Of a stretch of 64,000 nt of DNA, positions 32,310 through 41,409 are shown one piece after another (position 1 is the first letter of the stretch; each line of letters starts with the position of its first letter). Origin of the DNA: an uncultured Chloroflexia bacterium (GTDB taxonomy: Bacteria; Chloroflexota; Limnocylindria; Limnocylindrales; CSP1-4); assembly GCA_963833225.1 (NCBI GenBank), contig CAWHXD010000007.1:288001-352000 (forward strand), given 5' to 3'. The notes under the pieces are model-generated. The model was not told the origin of the DNA, made no database searches, and saw only the letters and a program-made list of their open reading frames with translations. The position numbers were made by a program, and so were the translations under genes.

Positions 32310-32552
32310 TCAGGCGTCTGCCTCGATCCAGGCCATCGGCTCCAGGACGGGCACCTCCGTGCCCGGCGCATGGATGATCTCGACGATCACTCCCGCCGCG
32401 GGCGCCTCGAGGTCCAGGTTGGCCTTCTCCGTCTCGATCTCGCCGATGACCTGGCCGGCGCTCACGGTTTCGCCGACCGACACCCGCCAGGGTCCGACGA
32501 TCCCGAACTCCATCTCGTAGTTGACCTTCGGCATCGGCACCGCGACGCGCAT
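32310..32552 (-). CDS. Stand-alone lipoyl domain protein (80 aa)
   Basis: VPMPKVNYEMEFG...W..SVGETV...EIETEKANLDLEAPAAG; start overlaps the E1 beta stop. Confidence 0.88.
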   Translation of the reverse strand: MRVAVPMPKVNYEMEFGIVGPWRVSVGETVSAGQVIGEIETEKANLDLEAPAAGVIVEIIHAPGTEVPVLEPMAWIEADA

Positions 32553-33568
32553 CAGGCGGGCACCTCGGCTTGCACGGCGTTGACTCCGGCGCCGCGCACC
32601 GTATGGCGCACGGCCTCGACAACCCAGCCCGCCTGTGGCAGGACGACATTCTCCAGCTTGGGCGCCATGGGCAGCGGGACATTTCGACCGGCGACGCGGA
32701 CGATACCGGTCTTGAGGTCACCGAATCCCTTCGCGGCGACGACCGCCGCCACCTCAGCCCCAAACCCGACCCGCTCGGGCGGTTCCTGGACGATCACGAG
32801 GCGGCCCGTCTTGTGGACCGATTCGAGGACGGCGGCCTCGTCCCACGGGACGAGCGTCCGGAGATCGATGACCTCAACCGAGATGCCCTCGCCGGCGAGC
32901 ACCGTGGCCGCCTCGAGCGCCAGATGCACCATCTTGGACCAAGCCACGATCGTGCAATCGGTGCCGACGCGCTTGATGTCCGCCACCCCGAATGGCACCA
33001 GGTGCTCGCCCTCGGGCACCTCGCCGTTGAGCATGTAGATGTGCTTGTGCTCCATGAACATCACCGGGTCGTCGAGGCGGATCGCCGTCTTCAGCAGACC
33101 TTTGGCGTCTGCGGGCGTTGCCGGGGCCGCAATGAGCCAGCCCGGGAGATGCGCGAAGAGCGCCTCCAGGCACTGTCCATGCTGGGCGGCGGACGACTTG
33201 TAGCCGCCGCCCGGCGTCCGGACGACGAGGGGAACCGAGACCTGACCGCCAGTCATGTAGCGGATCTTGGGGATCTGGTTCGTCAGCTGGTCCATCGCCA
33301 TCATCGCGAAGTCCATGTGCATCAGCTCGACGACCGGCCGAAGACCGGTGATCGCGCAGCCGAGCGCGACGCCCAGGAAGCCGTTCTCGGCGATCGGCGT
33401 GTTGAGGATCCGGTCGTCGCCGTAGTCGGTCGAGAGCCCCTGTGTGACTCGGAACGTCCCGCCCCATGGCTCGCGGAGATCCTCGCCGATCAGGAAGACG
33501 CGCGGGTCTCGGTCAAGCTCCTCGCGAAGGGCCTCGTTGAGGGCGGCGCGGTAGCGAAGCATCTTCAT
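32552..33568 (-). CDS. 2-oxoacid/acetoin dehydrogenase E1 beta subunit
   Basis: FLIGEDL, NTPIAE, RPVVELMHMDF, AAQHGQ, TPADAKGL, DPVMFMEHK. Confidence 0.93.
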   Translation of the reverse strand: MKMLRYRAALNEALREELDRDPRVFLIGEDLREPWGGTFRVTQGLSTDYGDDRILNTPIAENGFLGVALGCAITGLRPVVELMHMDFAMMAMDQLTNQIPKIRYMTGGQVSVPLVVRTPGGGYKSSAAQHGQCLEALFAHLPGWLIAAPATPADAKGLLKTAIRLDDPVMFMEHKHIYMLNGEVPEGEHLVPFGVADIKRVGTDCTIVAWSKMVHLALEAATVLAGEGISVEVIDLRTLVPWDEAAVLESVHKTGRLVIVQEPPERVGFGAEVAAVVAAKGFGDLKTGIVRVAGRNVPLPMAPKLENVVLPQAGWVVEAVRHTVRGAGVNAVQAEVPA

Positions 33569-34560
33569 CGAAGGGTCCCCCCGAACGCGACCATGGTGGC
33601 GGGGTCGGCATACAGGTGCTCGAAGGCGGTCTCGATGGCTGGCTCCGGCTGGGCCTCTGCCCATTCGATTGCCTGGTCGATGTGAGCGAGGACTCGTGCG
33701 TCGATCTCGTCGAGCTCGGTATCCGAGACGCCGCGCCCTGTGGCAGTGGCGCGGGCAACGACGAGAGGGTCGCGCGCCTCCCAGGCAGCGACCTCCTCGG
33801 GTGGTCGGTATGCGCCGACGTCGGCTGTGTTGTGGCCGTACCGCCGATAGGTGCGGCATTGCAGGAAGCCCGGCCCTCCGCCGTCGCGAGTGTGAGCAAG
33901 CACGCGTCCCGCACCTTCCGCCACGGCGTCGATGTCGTTGCCGTCGACCGCCTCGGCGGTGATCCCGTAGCTCCGAACGTACTCGAGAACGTCCGGGATC
34001 CCGCTGTAGAAGCGTGCGGCCGTGGACTCCGCGTACTGGTTGTCAACACGCACGATGACCAGGGGGAGCTGCCACAGCGATGCCATGTTGAGCGTCTCGT
34101 GTGTTGCGCCGTTCATCAGTGCGCCGTCGCCGATGTACGCGACGACCACACCCGGCAGGCCCTGCTGCTTCTTCGACAGCGCGGCTCCTGCCGCTATCGG
34201 CATGTTCGCACCGACGATCCCGTTCGCCCCCAGGACGCCGCGCGAGACGTCAGTGACGTGCATGGATCCGCCCTTGCCACCGCAGTAGCCGCCCTGCCGC
34301 GCGAGGAGCTCCGCGAACATCCCCTCGATCGCGACGCCCTTGGCGATCATGTCGCCGTGCCCGCGGTGCGTGGTCAGGATCTGATCCTCCGGCCGCAGAC
34401 GCAGGCCGACGCCCGCCGAGACCGCCTCCTGCCACACGGACACGTGGACGAACCCCGGAGCCTTGGCCTGACCGTGCAGCCTGAGAAGCGCCTCTTCAAA
34501 CTCCCGGATCAGGCGCATCGTCTCGTACGCCGCTAGGAACTCCGCCCTCGAAAGGCGCAT
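33565..34560 (-). CDS. 2-oxoacid/acetoin dehydrogenase E1 alpha subunit
   Basis: GFVHVSVWQEA, THRGHG, GKGGSMH, GANGIVG, GDGA...DNQYA, TYRRYGH. Confidence 0.93.
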   Translation of the reverse strand: MRLSRAEFLAAYETMRLIREFEEALLRLHGQAKAPGFVHVSVWQEAVSAGVGLRLRPEDQILTTHRGHGDMIAKGVAIEGMFAELLARQGGYCGGKGGSMHVTDVSRGVLGANGIVGANMPIAAGAALSKKQQGLPGVVVAYIGDGALMNGATHETLNMASLWQLPLVIVRVDNQYAESTAARFYSGIPDVLEYVRSYGITAEAVDGNDIDAVAEGAGRVLAHTRDGGGPGFLQCRTYRRYGHNTADVGAYRPPEEVAAWEARDPLVVARATATGRGVSDTELDEIDARVLAHIDQAIEWAEAQPEPAIETAFEHLYADPATMVAFGGTLR

Positions 34561-34586
34561 CGACGCCGACCCTCCTGTTCAAGTAA

Positions 34587-34608
34587 TCATCATACCGGTC
34601 ATACCACA
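34587..34608. promoter_or_regulatory. Candidate GntR/FadR operator (3-nt-spaced variant)
   Basis: Minus strand TGTGGTATGACCGGTATGATGA, just upstream of the E1 alpha RBS. Confidence 0.55.
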
Positions 34609-34857
34609 TTACGGTACCCTGCGCCCACGGATTGTGCACGCCGGACGGCGACCGAGGCTGGGGTGTCGTCCCTGCGAGGGTGGGGTCGGAGTTGAGATCG
34701 GAGCCAGTTGCCGAAGGCTTCACCGACGGCGGATGATGGTGATCGCATGGACAGACAGCGCGTGGCTGCCCCGACGCCCACGGCAGGGCCGCCGGTGCAG
34801 CAGGTGGAGGCGGCATTCCAGCTTCGTCCAATGGAACACCCACCACGAGAGGCCCCG

Positions 34858-35538
34858 ATGACGCGGACGCTGGTGCTGGTTCACACGATCCCCATCCTCG
34901 TCGACGTGTTCGATGTCTGGTGTCCCACGCAGCTTCCAGGCGTCCGCGTCCTCCACGTGCTGGACGAGCCGATGCTTGAGCGGGTCAAACAGCGGGGGCA
35001 TCGTGCACCGGAAGACGACGACCGCCTCGCCGAGCACATCGCCGGAGCGGAGGCGATCGGCGCCGACGCCGTGCTCGTCACGTGTTCCACCATGTCGCTG
35101 TCGGTTGAAGCGGTCCGTGCCCGTGCCCGGATCCAGGTGTTCACGATCGATGACCCGATGATCCGGGCGGCCGTCGGCATCGGCGACCGCATCGCGGTCG
35201 TCGCCACGGCGGCCACCACGCTCGAGCCCACGCGCCTGATGCTTGAACACGAAGGCGCCAGGGTTGGCCGCTCGCTGACCATCCGGCTTCGCCTCGTCGA
35301 CGATGCCCTCCCGGCACTCCTGGCAGGCGATCCGGACACGCACGACCACCTCGTCGTCACGGCTGTCAGGGAAGTTGCACAAGACGCCGATGTCGTCCTG
35401 CTCGCGCAGGCCACCATGGCGCGCGTCATGGACACCCTGGCGGAGCGCCCGGTGGCGGTGCCCGTCCTCGCGAGCCCGCAGCTGGCCCTCGCCGAGGTCC
35501 GGCGAGGTCTCGAGTCCCAGAGGCCGGCTTCTCGCTAA
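34858..35538 (+). CDS. Asp/Glu/hydantoin racemase-family protein
   Basis: VLVHT, GADAVLVTCST, IDDPM, IAVVAT..TTLEPT, DVVLLAQATM. Confidence 0.78.
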   Translation: MTRTLVLVHTIPILVDVFDVWCPTQLPGVRVLHVLDEPMLERVKQRGHRAPEDDDRLAEHIAGAEAIGADAVLVTCSTMSLSVEAVRARARIQVFTIDDPMIRAAVGIGDRIAVVATAATTLEPTRLMLEHEGARVGRSLTIRLRLVDDALPALLAGDPDTHDHLVVTAVREVAQDADVVLLAQATMARVMDTLAERPVAVPVLASPQLALAEVRRGLESQRPASR

Positions 35539-35583
35539 GAGAGGCCGGGCCGGATCGAGCGCATCACACCCGCGCTCGCGGCG

Positions 35584-37026
35584 TCAGGGCTGCTCGAGGT
35601 CCGCATCAGCCCGCTCAACGATTCCGGCGAGATCCCGCAGGACCTCGTCGGGCAGCGGCTCCACGACATGAGTGGCGAGGATCGCATGCGCCCGGTCACG
35701 GGCGCGGCCTTCCATCGACCGCATGCTGCCGGCCTCCCGGCCCCCCGAACCCCGGCGCTCGGCCAGGGGGAGGTCGATGAGCTCGCCCGTGCGGAAGTAG
35801 TCGATCGTGTGGTCATCAGCAAGGAAGTCGCCTCGCGGACCGACCCGGGCCAGGGCTTCGAAGCCGAGCGACTCCTCGTCCACCGAGATGCCACGCAGCC
35901 AGCGCCGGGCCATGGAAATCAGCTCATCGTCGATGACGAGCTGCACCGGGCTGAGCGCCATGACGGTCTGCACGCTCCCAGCCCCCACCACGAGGCGTCC
36001 CCCCGAGAGCACCTGCGCAACGGACAGGAGGGACTTCTGGAGCATTGCGTGCCCGAGGGTGAATCCATCGGCGGTCATGCCGATGGCCTGGGTGGGCAGG
36101 CCGTAGAGCTCTGACCCCAGTTGAGAGATGGCCGCCACGAGGAGGCCCACCTCGGGCGCTCCCATCAGGGCGTTGCCGCTGCGCATATCCGGCACGACCG
36201 GGTCCATGAAGAAGGCCATGGGGTGACCCGGTCGCTTCGTCTGCACCAAGGTCATGGTCCCCAGGTACTCGGCGTTGGCCTGGGCGAGGGTGCCCGCAAG
36301 AGTGATGGGGGCACTGATGCCGGCGATCGGCATGATGGGCAGGTCGAGCGGGATCCCGTAGTCGATGGCGAGGAGGATCTGCGCGGTGTCGTCCTCTTGG
36401 AGGAACAGCGGCGAGATGGGCGACGCCTGGTGGTGGATGAGCGGTCGCTCGGCGAGGGCCTCGCGAGTCCCCCGCACGGCGAGGGCCATCTCGATGAGGT
36501 AGCGCTGGTTCTTCAGGGTGAACGCATTGTGGATGATGCACGTGCGCTGGGACTTCAGCAGGGCGTGCAGGCTGTGGAGGTCCGCGGTCGGCTGCGGGAC
36601 ATCTCCGCAGTGGAGGGTGGCGACGCTGTGGATGTTGGGCAGAGCGTCCACGAGGGTCGCGAACTCCCGCCAGTCGGCGATGCGAGCCCGGTGGTGTTGC
36701 CCGTTCTCGAGGTCGATGTAGCCCGTGGCACCGCCCGGCACGCGAGCGTAGATGTCGCCATCGACGGTGACCGTGATGTCCTGCGCGGGGGTGCGCCCAT
36801 GGTACGTGTACGCGCGGGGGACGAGGGCGAGGCTGCGCTCGATCAGGTCCGGTGGGAAGCGCACCAGCTTCGTCACCCGGTCCACGCGCGCGCCGGCGCC
36901 CTCGAGCAGATCGAGCGCCTCCGCGTGGTCCACCAGCATCCCGATCTCGTCAAGGATCCGCAGGGACGTCTCGTGGACCCGCTGGAGGCCTTCCGGGCTC
37001 AAGACCCGCAGGAATTGCCCAGACAT
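35584..37026 (-). CDS. Trimethylamine methyltransferase (MttB) family protein, non-pyrrolysine
   Basis: LSPEGLQRVHETSLRILDEIGM...GARVD, PISPL, APITLAGTLAQANAE, DMRSG...GAPE, SPVQLVIDDE, VGPRGDFL..HT; no in-frame amber codon. Confidence 0.88.
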   Translation of the reverse strand: MSGQFLRVLSPEGLQRVHETSLRILDEIGMLVDHAEALDLLEGAGARVDRVTKLVRFPPDLIERSLALVPRAYTYHGRTPAQDITVTVDGDIYARVPGGATGYIDLENGQHHRARIADWREFATLVDALPNIHSVATLHCGDVPQPTADLHSLHALLKSQRTCIIHNAFTLKNQRYLIEMALAVRGTREALAERPLIHHQASPISPLFLQEDDTAQILLAIDYGIPLDLPIMPIAGISAPITLAGTLAQANAEYLGTMTLVQTKRPGHPMAFFMDPVVPDMRSGNALMGAPEVGLLVAAISQLGSELYGLPTQAIGMTADGFTLGHAMLQKSLLSVAQVLSGGRLVVGAGSVQTVMALSPVQLVIDDELISMARRWLRGISVDEESLGFEALARVGPRGDFLADDHTIDYFRTGELIDLPLAERRGSGGREAGSMRSMEGRARDRAHAILATHVVEPLPDEVLRDLAGIVERADADLEQP

Positions 37027-37142
37027 CGACAATCCTCCGAAGCTCCGCCCCTGATCGTGCCGCCGCGCTGGAACCAGGGCGGACGGTCGCCCGTGTCCAT
37101 GTCCAGCGAGATGGCCGCTGGCCCCGGGTCTGCGGAAGGGAC

Positions 37143-37172
37143 GTGGTCAACCGGTAAGCCAACCGATAGAAT
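37143..37172. promoter_or_regulatory. Candidate operator plus -10 box in the divergent mttB/transketolase region
   Basis: GTGGTCAACCGGTAAGCCAA (37143-62), then TAGAAT (37167-72). Confidence 0.6.
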
Positions 37173-37265
37173 ACGGCAAGCGGACCGCCGGCTGGCGCTG
37201 TCGACGTCGTTGCGCTTGGCCGTGTCCGTCAGAAGCGACCCTACCCAGCTTCCGGAGGTCACCCG

Positions 37266-39632
37266 TTGGACACGTCGCAGCACACTGAAGCCGACGAGCT
37301 GTATGCGGCGGCGGCGCTCGATTTCGGGCACTACGAGATCCTCAAGGACCTCGTAGACGAGTGCATTGACCTCTCGCTCAACTGCCGGCAATCCGGCCAT
37401 CCGGGAGGCTCGCGATCGAAGGTCCACCTGCTGCTGGCGACGCTGCTGTCGGGGGCCATGCGCTGGGACCTGCAACGGCCCTGGCGCCGGTTTGGGGACC
37501 GCTTCGTCCTGTCCGCCGGCCACACCGTCCCGCTGGTGTACGCGACGCTGGCCATCCTCAACGAGGGGCTCCGGGCGCGCCACGAGCTTGACGGCGACGA
37601 GCGGTTCTCATTTCCCGACGACGGTCGCTGGGCACTCACCTGGGAGGACCTTCTCACGCTTCGGCACCGCGGCGGCCTGCCCGGCCATGCCGAGATGGCG
37701 GGCAAGACGCTGTTCCTCAAGGCCAACACGGGCCCGTCGGGCCACGGAATGCCGGTCGCGGCCGGCGAGGCGCTTGCGCTGCGTCTGGCGGGGTGCGAAG
37801 AGGTCAAGGTGTTCGCCGTCGAAGGCGAAGGTGGACTCACCCCCGGGGCCGCGCACGAGACGAAGAACACGGCTTGGGGGCTGGGCCTCTCGAACCTTGT
37901 CTTTCTCGTCGACTGGAATGACTTCGGGATCGATGTCCGTACCGCGTCGTCCGTCGTTCCCGGGGAGCCGGACGACTGGTTCCGGCCGTACGGCTGGCGC
38001 GTGGTGGGAACCGGGGAGGGGATGGAGTGGCCCACCGCTGTCCGGACGGTGCTCGAGGCGGCCCGTGGGGCGAACCCCGAGCGAGTGCCGAGCGTGGCCT
38101 GGTTCCGGACCCGCAAAGGGCGCGGGTATGGCAAATACGACGCGCCGTCGCACGGGGTGCCCCACGGCATGAACAGCCCGGAGTTCTGGGCAGCCCGCAA
38201 GGACTTCATGGCCCGCTATGGCGTCGCCTACACGGGCGTCGACGAACCAGCACCGAGTGACGCCGCTGACCGCCAGGCGCAGGCCGAGGAGAACTTCCGG
38301 GTCGTGGTTTCCGTGCTCCGCCGGGACCCGGACCTCGTCCGGTGGCTCTCGGACCGGCTCCTCGCGATCGCGGCGACAGTACCCGACGTGATCGCTGGCG
38401 CCACCCTGGGCGGACGGACCTCCGACGTCTTCCGTGACCCGCGATTCACGGACTTCCGGTCCTATCCGGCGGAGATGTATCAGGCTCCCGGCACACGGCA
38501 CCCGAACCGCGCCGCCCTCGGCGCGTGGGGATCCTGGGTCAATGCCGTGGCAAGGGCCGACTACGGACGCCCGTTGTTCATCGTCTGCTCGGCCGACCTC
38601 GCCGAGTCCACCAGCATTGCCGGGTTCGGCAAGGACTGGGGTGACCTACCGGGCTGGGGCTGGTACGAGCGCAACGGGAATCCCCGGGGAGTCGTCCTGC
38701 CCCAGGAGATCACGGAGTTCACGAACGCTGGGCTCCTCGCGGGCATGGCCAGCGTCAATCTGGCTGAGAACCCGATGACGGAGTTCGAGGGCTTCTGGGG
38801 CGCTTGTTCCACGTACGCCTCGTTCTCGTATCTCAAGTATGGGCCGCTCAGGCTGTTCAGCCAGATGGCCCAGGACGCGGACATGCGGCTTGGCAAGATC
38901 CTGTGGGTGGCGGGCCACTCCGGCCCCGAGACGGCCGAGGACTCGCGAACGCACTTCGGCATCTTCGCGCCCGGTGTCACCCAGCTCTTCCCGGAAGGCT
39001 CCGTTATCGATCTCCACCCGTGGGAGTACAACGAGGTCCCGGTCGTCCTGGGCGCCGCGCTCGCACAGGACGCTCCGATCGTGGCGTTGCACCTCACGCG
39101 ACCCGCGATCGAGATACCCGATCGCGCCCGGCTGGGCGTGCCCTCCCATTTCGAGGCCGGGCGTGGCGCCTACATCATGCGCGACTATCGTCCCGACCAG
39201 CCTCGCATGGGCACCGTATTCGTTCGGGGAACGGCCCCGACGGCCAACCTCTTGAGCGTTCTGGCGGACCTCGACCGGGCGGGCCTGAACGTGAAGATCG
39301 TGGCCGCGATCAGTCCGCAGCTCTTCCGGCTCCAGGACGCGCAGTACCGGGCAGCGGTCGTCTCGGAGGCGGACCGCTGGGATGCGATGGCCATCACCAG
39401 CGGGGCGTTCGCCTTGATGCGGGACTGGGTCGGTGGCCCGCTGGCCGCCGACTATTCCCTCTCGGCGGACTGGGACGACCGATGGCGAACCGGCGGCAGC
39501 ATCGAGGAGGTCCTGGCGGAGGCACAGCTGACGCCCGAGCACATCCTCGCCGGGATCGAGCGCTTTGCCCGCGACCGCGACGAGCGCGTACGGCGGCTCA
39601 GGGCACTGGTCGAGGAAGTGGCGGCGCCCTGA
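37266..39632 (+). CDS. Long, divergent single-chain transketolase-like enzyme
   Basis: SGHPGGS, DRFVLSAGH, LPGHAE, NTGPSGHG, GEGG...DWND, SADLAEST, GHSG.ETAEDSRTH, HLTRP; TTG start with GGAGG RBS. Confidence 0.85.
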   Translation: MDTSQHTEADELYAAAALDFGHYEILKDLVDECIDLSLNCRQSGHPGGSRSKVHLLLATLLSGAMRWDLQRPWRRFGDRFVLSAGHTVPLVYATLAILNEGLRARHELDGDERFSFPDDGRWALTWEDLLTLRHRGGLPGHAEMAGKTLFLKANTGPSGHGMPVAAGEALALRLAGCEEVKVFAVEGEGGLTPGAAHETKNTAWGLGLSNLVFLVDWNDFGIDVRTASSVVPGEPDDWFRPYGWRVVGTGEGMEWPTAVRTVLEAARGANPERVPSVAWFRTRKGRGYGKYDAPSHGVPHGMNSPEFWAARKDFMARYGVAYTGVDEPAPSDAADRQAQAEENFRVVVSVLRRDPDLVRWLSDRLLAIAATVPDVIAGATLGGRTSDVFRDPRFTDFRSYPAEMYQAPGTRHPNRAALGAWGSWVNAVARADYGRPLFIVCSADLAESTSIAGFGKDWGDLPGWGWYERNGNPRGVVLPQEITEFTNAGLLAGMASVNLAENPMTEFEGFWGACSTYASFSYLKYGPLRLFSQMAQDADMRLGKILWVAGHSGPETAEDSRTHFGIFAPGVTQLFPEGSVIDLHPWEYNEVPVVLGAALAQDAPIVALHLTRPAIEIPDRARLGVPSHFEAGRGAYIMRDYRPDQPRMGTVFVRGTAPTANLLSVLADLDRAGLNVKIVAAISPQLFRLQDAQYRAAVVSEADRWDAMAITSGAFALMRDWVGGPLAADYSLSADWDDRWRTGGSIEEVLAEAQLTPEHILAGIERFARDRDERVRRLRALVEEVAAP

Positions 39633-39708
39633 TGTCCATCACGGGCTCCAGCGCCCGCTCAGGGCGGCGCGGCCCAGCCGGAAGCACAGCCATCGGCCGG
39701 GAGATGGG

Positions 39709-40575
39709 GTGAGGTTCGACGCGAACCTATCGATCCTGTTTGGAGATCAACCGCTGCTGGATCGACCCGCGGCGGCAGCGGCGGCCGGGTTCGACGCGGT
39801 CGAGATGTGGTGGCCGTTCGAGGACCTCGTCCCGGCGGCGGCCGACGTGGATCGCCTCGTGCAATCCTTCGGCGAGGCGGGTGTCGCCCTGGTCTCCATG
39901 AACCTGACGCTGGGCGATGTCAACGCGGGCCAGCACGGCCTGGTCGCGCTGCCCAGCGAACGGTCCCGGTTCCGGGACCATCTCGACGCGGCTGTGGCCA
40001 TCGCCGGTCGCCTCGGGGGCCAGGTGCTGAACGCCCTCTATGGGAATCCCCCTGGCAGGATCGCCCGTGACCTCCTCGATGACACGGCCGTGGAGAACCT
40101 GGCCCTTGCCGCGCGGCGCGCTGCCGGGATCGGAGCGACAGTCGTCGTGGAGGCCCTCAATCCCGTTGATTTCCCGCGCTACGGGCTCCATCGAACCGGG
40201 GACTCCCTGGCCCTCGCCGATCGGGTGCGGGCGGAGACCGGGGAGGACGTCTCGATCCTGTTCGACGTCTACAACGTCCAGCGCTCCGAAGGTGACCTCC
40301 TCGCCCGGATCGCCGCGCACGCCGGCCGCTTCGGCCACGTCCAGATCGCGGACGTCCCCGGGCGACTCCGGCCCGGGACGGGCGAGATCGCGTTCGAACG
40401 CGTCCTGCCCGCGCTCGAGGCAGCCGGGTACCGTGGCTACGTCGGGCTCGAGTACCGGCCGTCGGCAGACCCGGCCGACACATTCGCCTGGCTTCCCGTC
40501 GAGCATCGCCGCACCCGTGCCACTGGCGCGGCACGCGAGCGACACGGGGGGCGCGATGATCGTCCGAGCGCGTGA
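39709..40575 (+). CDS. hyi: Hydroxypyruvate isomerase-family protein
   Basis: RFDANLSILF, AAAAGFDAVEMWWP, EALN, LFDVYNVQ, HVQIADVPGR..PGTGEI, VGLEY. Confidence 0.82.
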   Translation: MRFDANLSILFGDQPLLDRPAAAAAAGFDAVEMWWPFEDLVPAAADVDRLVQSFGEAGVALVSMNLTLGDVNAGQHGLVALPSERSRFRDHLDAAVAIAGRLGGQVLNALYGNPPGRIARDLLDDTAVENLALAARRAAGIGATVVVEALNPVDFPRYGLHRTGDSLALADRVRAETGEDVSILFDVYNVQRSEGDLLARIAAHAGRFGHVQIADVPGRLRPGTGEIAFERVLPALEAAGYRGYVGLEYRPSADPADTFAWLPVEHRRTRATGAARERHGGRDDRPSA

Positions 40576-40614
40576 TGGGTGATAGCGGGAATCCGGTGGC
40601 ACTACAATAGTCCA

Positions 40615-41406
40615 ATGCTGTCCGACCTCGGGTTCACTGACCTTCGGACCCGCGAGCCGATCTCCTCCGAGATCACGCGTCGCCTCGTCCGCTACCTGAT
40701 CTCGGGCGAAATCCAGCCAGGCGAGCGTCTGCCTTCGGAGCGCAAGCTGGCGGAGTCCTTCGGTGTCGGTCGGAGCCACGTCCGCCAGGCCATCAAGTCG
40801 CTCGCCATCCTTGGCCTCATCGACGTTCGCCAGGGCGACGGCACGTATCTCAAGCGGACAGATTCACCGCTCCTGCCATTGGCGATCGAGTGGGGCCTCA
40901 TGCTCGGTGTGAAGCGCACTGCGGACCTCATTGGCGCACGCCAGCAGCTTGAGATCCTTCTCGCCGGGCTGGCGGCTGAACGGCGCACGGATGAACAGCT
41001 CGCCGAGATGCACCGGCTCCTCCTCGTCATGAAGCGGTCGCCGGGAACTGACGAGTTCGTGGACGCGGACGTTGCCCTCCATCTCGAGATCACCCAGGCA
41101 GCCGGGAACCAATCCATGATCCAGATCATGCGGAGCATCCGGACGCTCCTCGAGGTCTGGGTCCACCGGGTGGTTTACACACCTGGGACGGCTCAGCCCA
41201 CCTGGGCCGAGCACGCGGCCATCGTCGATGCGATCGAGCACGGGGACCCAGCCGGGGCCCGCGCCTTGATGGAAGAACATATGGTCCGGGCGCTGGCGCG
41301 ACTCCAGAGCACGCTGTCCGAGCACGAGGGCGACGAGCACGGGCGGCCGCGCGTCACATCGCCGAGCGCGAAGGCCACGACAGCCGGCCGCGCTGAAGCT
41401 GGCTGA
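40615..41406 (+). CDS. FadR/GntR-family transcriptional regulator
   Basis: GERLPSERKLAESFGVGRSHVRQAIKSL...RQGDGTY; TACAAT lies 6 nt before the ATG, suggesting a leaderless start. Confidence 0.93.
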   Translation: MLSDLGFTDLRTREPISSEITRRLVRYLISGEIQPGERLPSERKLAESFGVGRSHVRQAIKSLAILGLIDVRQGDGTYLKRTDSPLLPLAIEWGLMLGVKRTADLIGARQQLEILLAGLAAERRTDEQLAEMHRLLLVMKRSPGTDEFVDADVALHLEITQAAGNQSMIQIMRSIRTLLEVWVHRVVYTPGTAQPTWAEHAAIVDAIEHGDPAGARALMEEHMVRALARLQSTLSEHEGDEHGRPRVTSPSAKATTAGRAEAG

Positions 41407-41409
41407 AGG

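Noticed and set aside
35584-37026. Pyrrolysine recoding in the MttB homologue
   Set aside because: The frame is open and full length with no in-frame TAG, and no pyl genes are seen.
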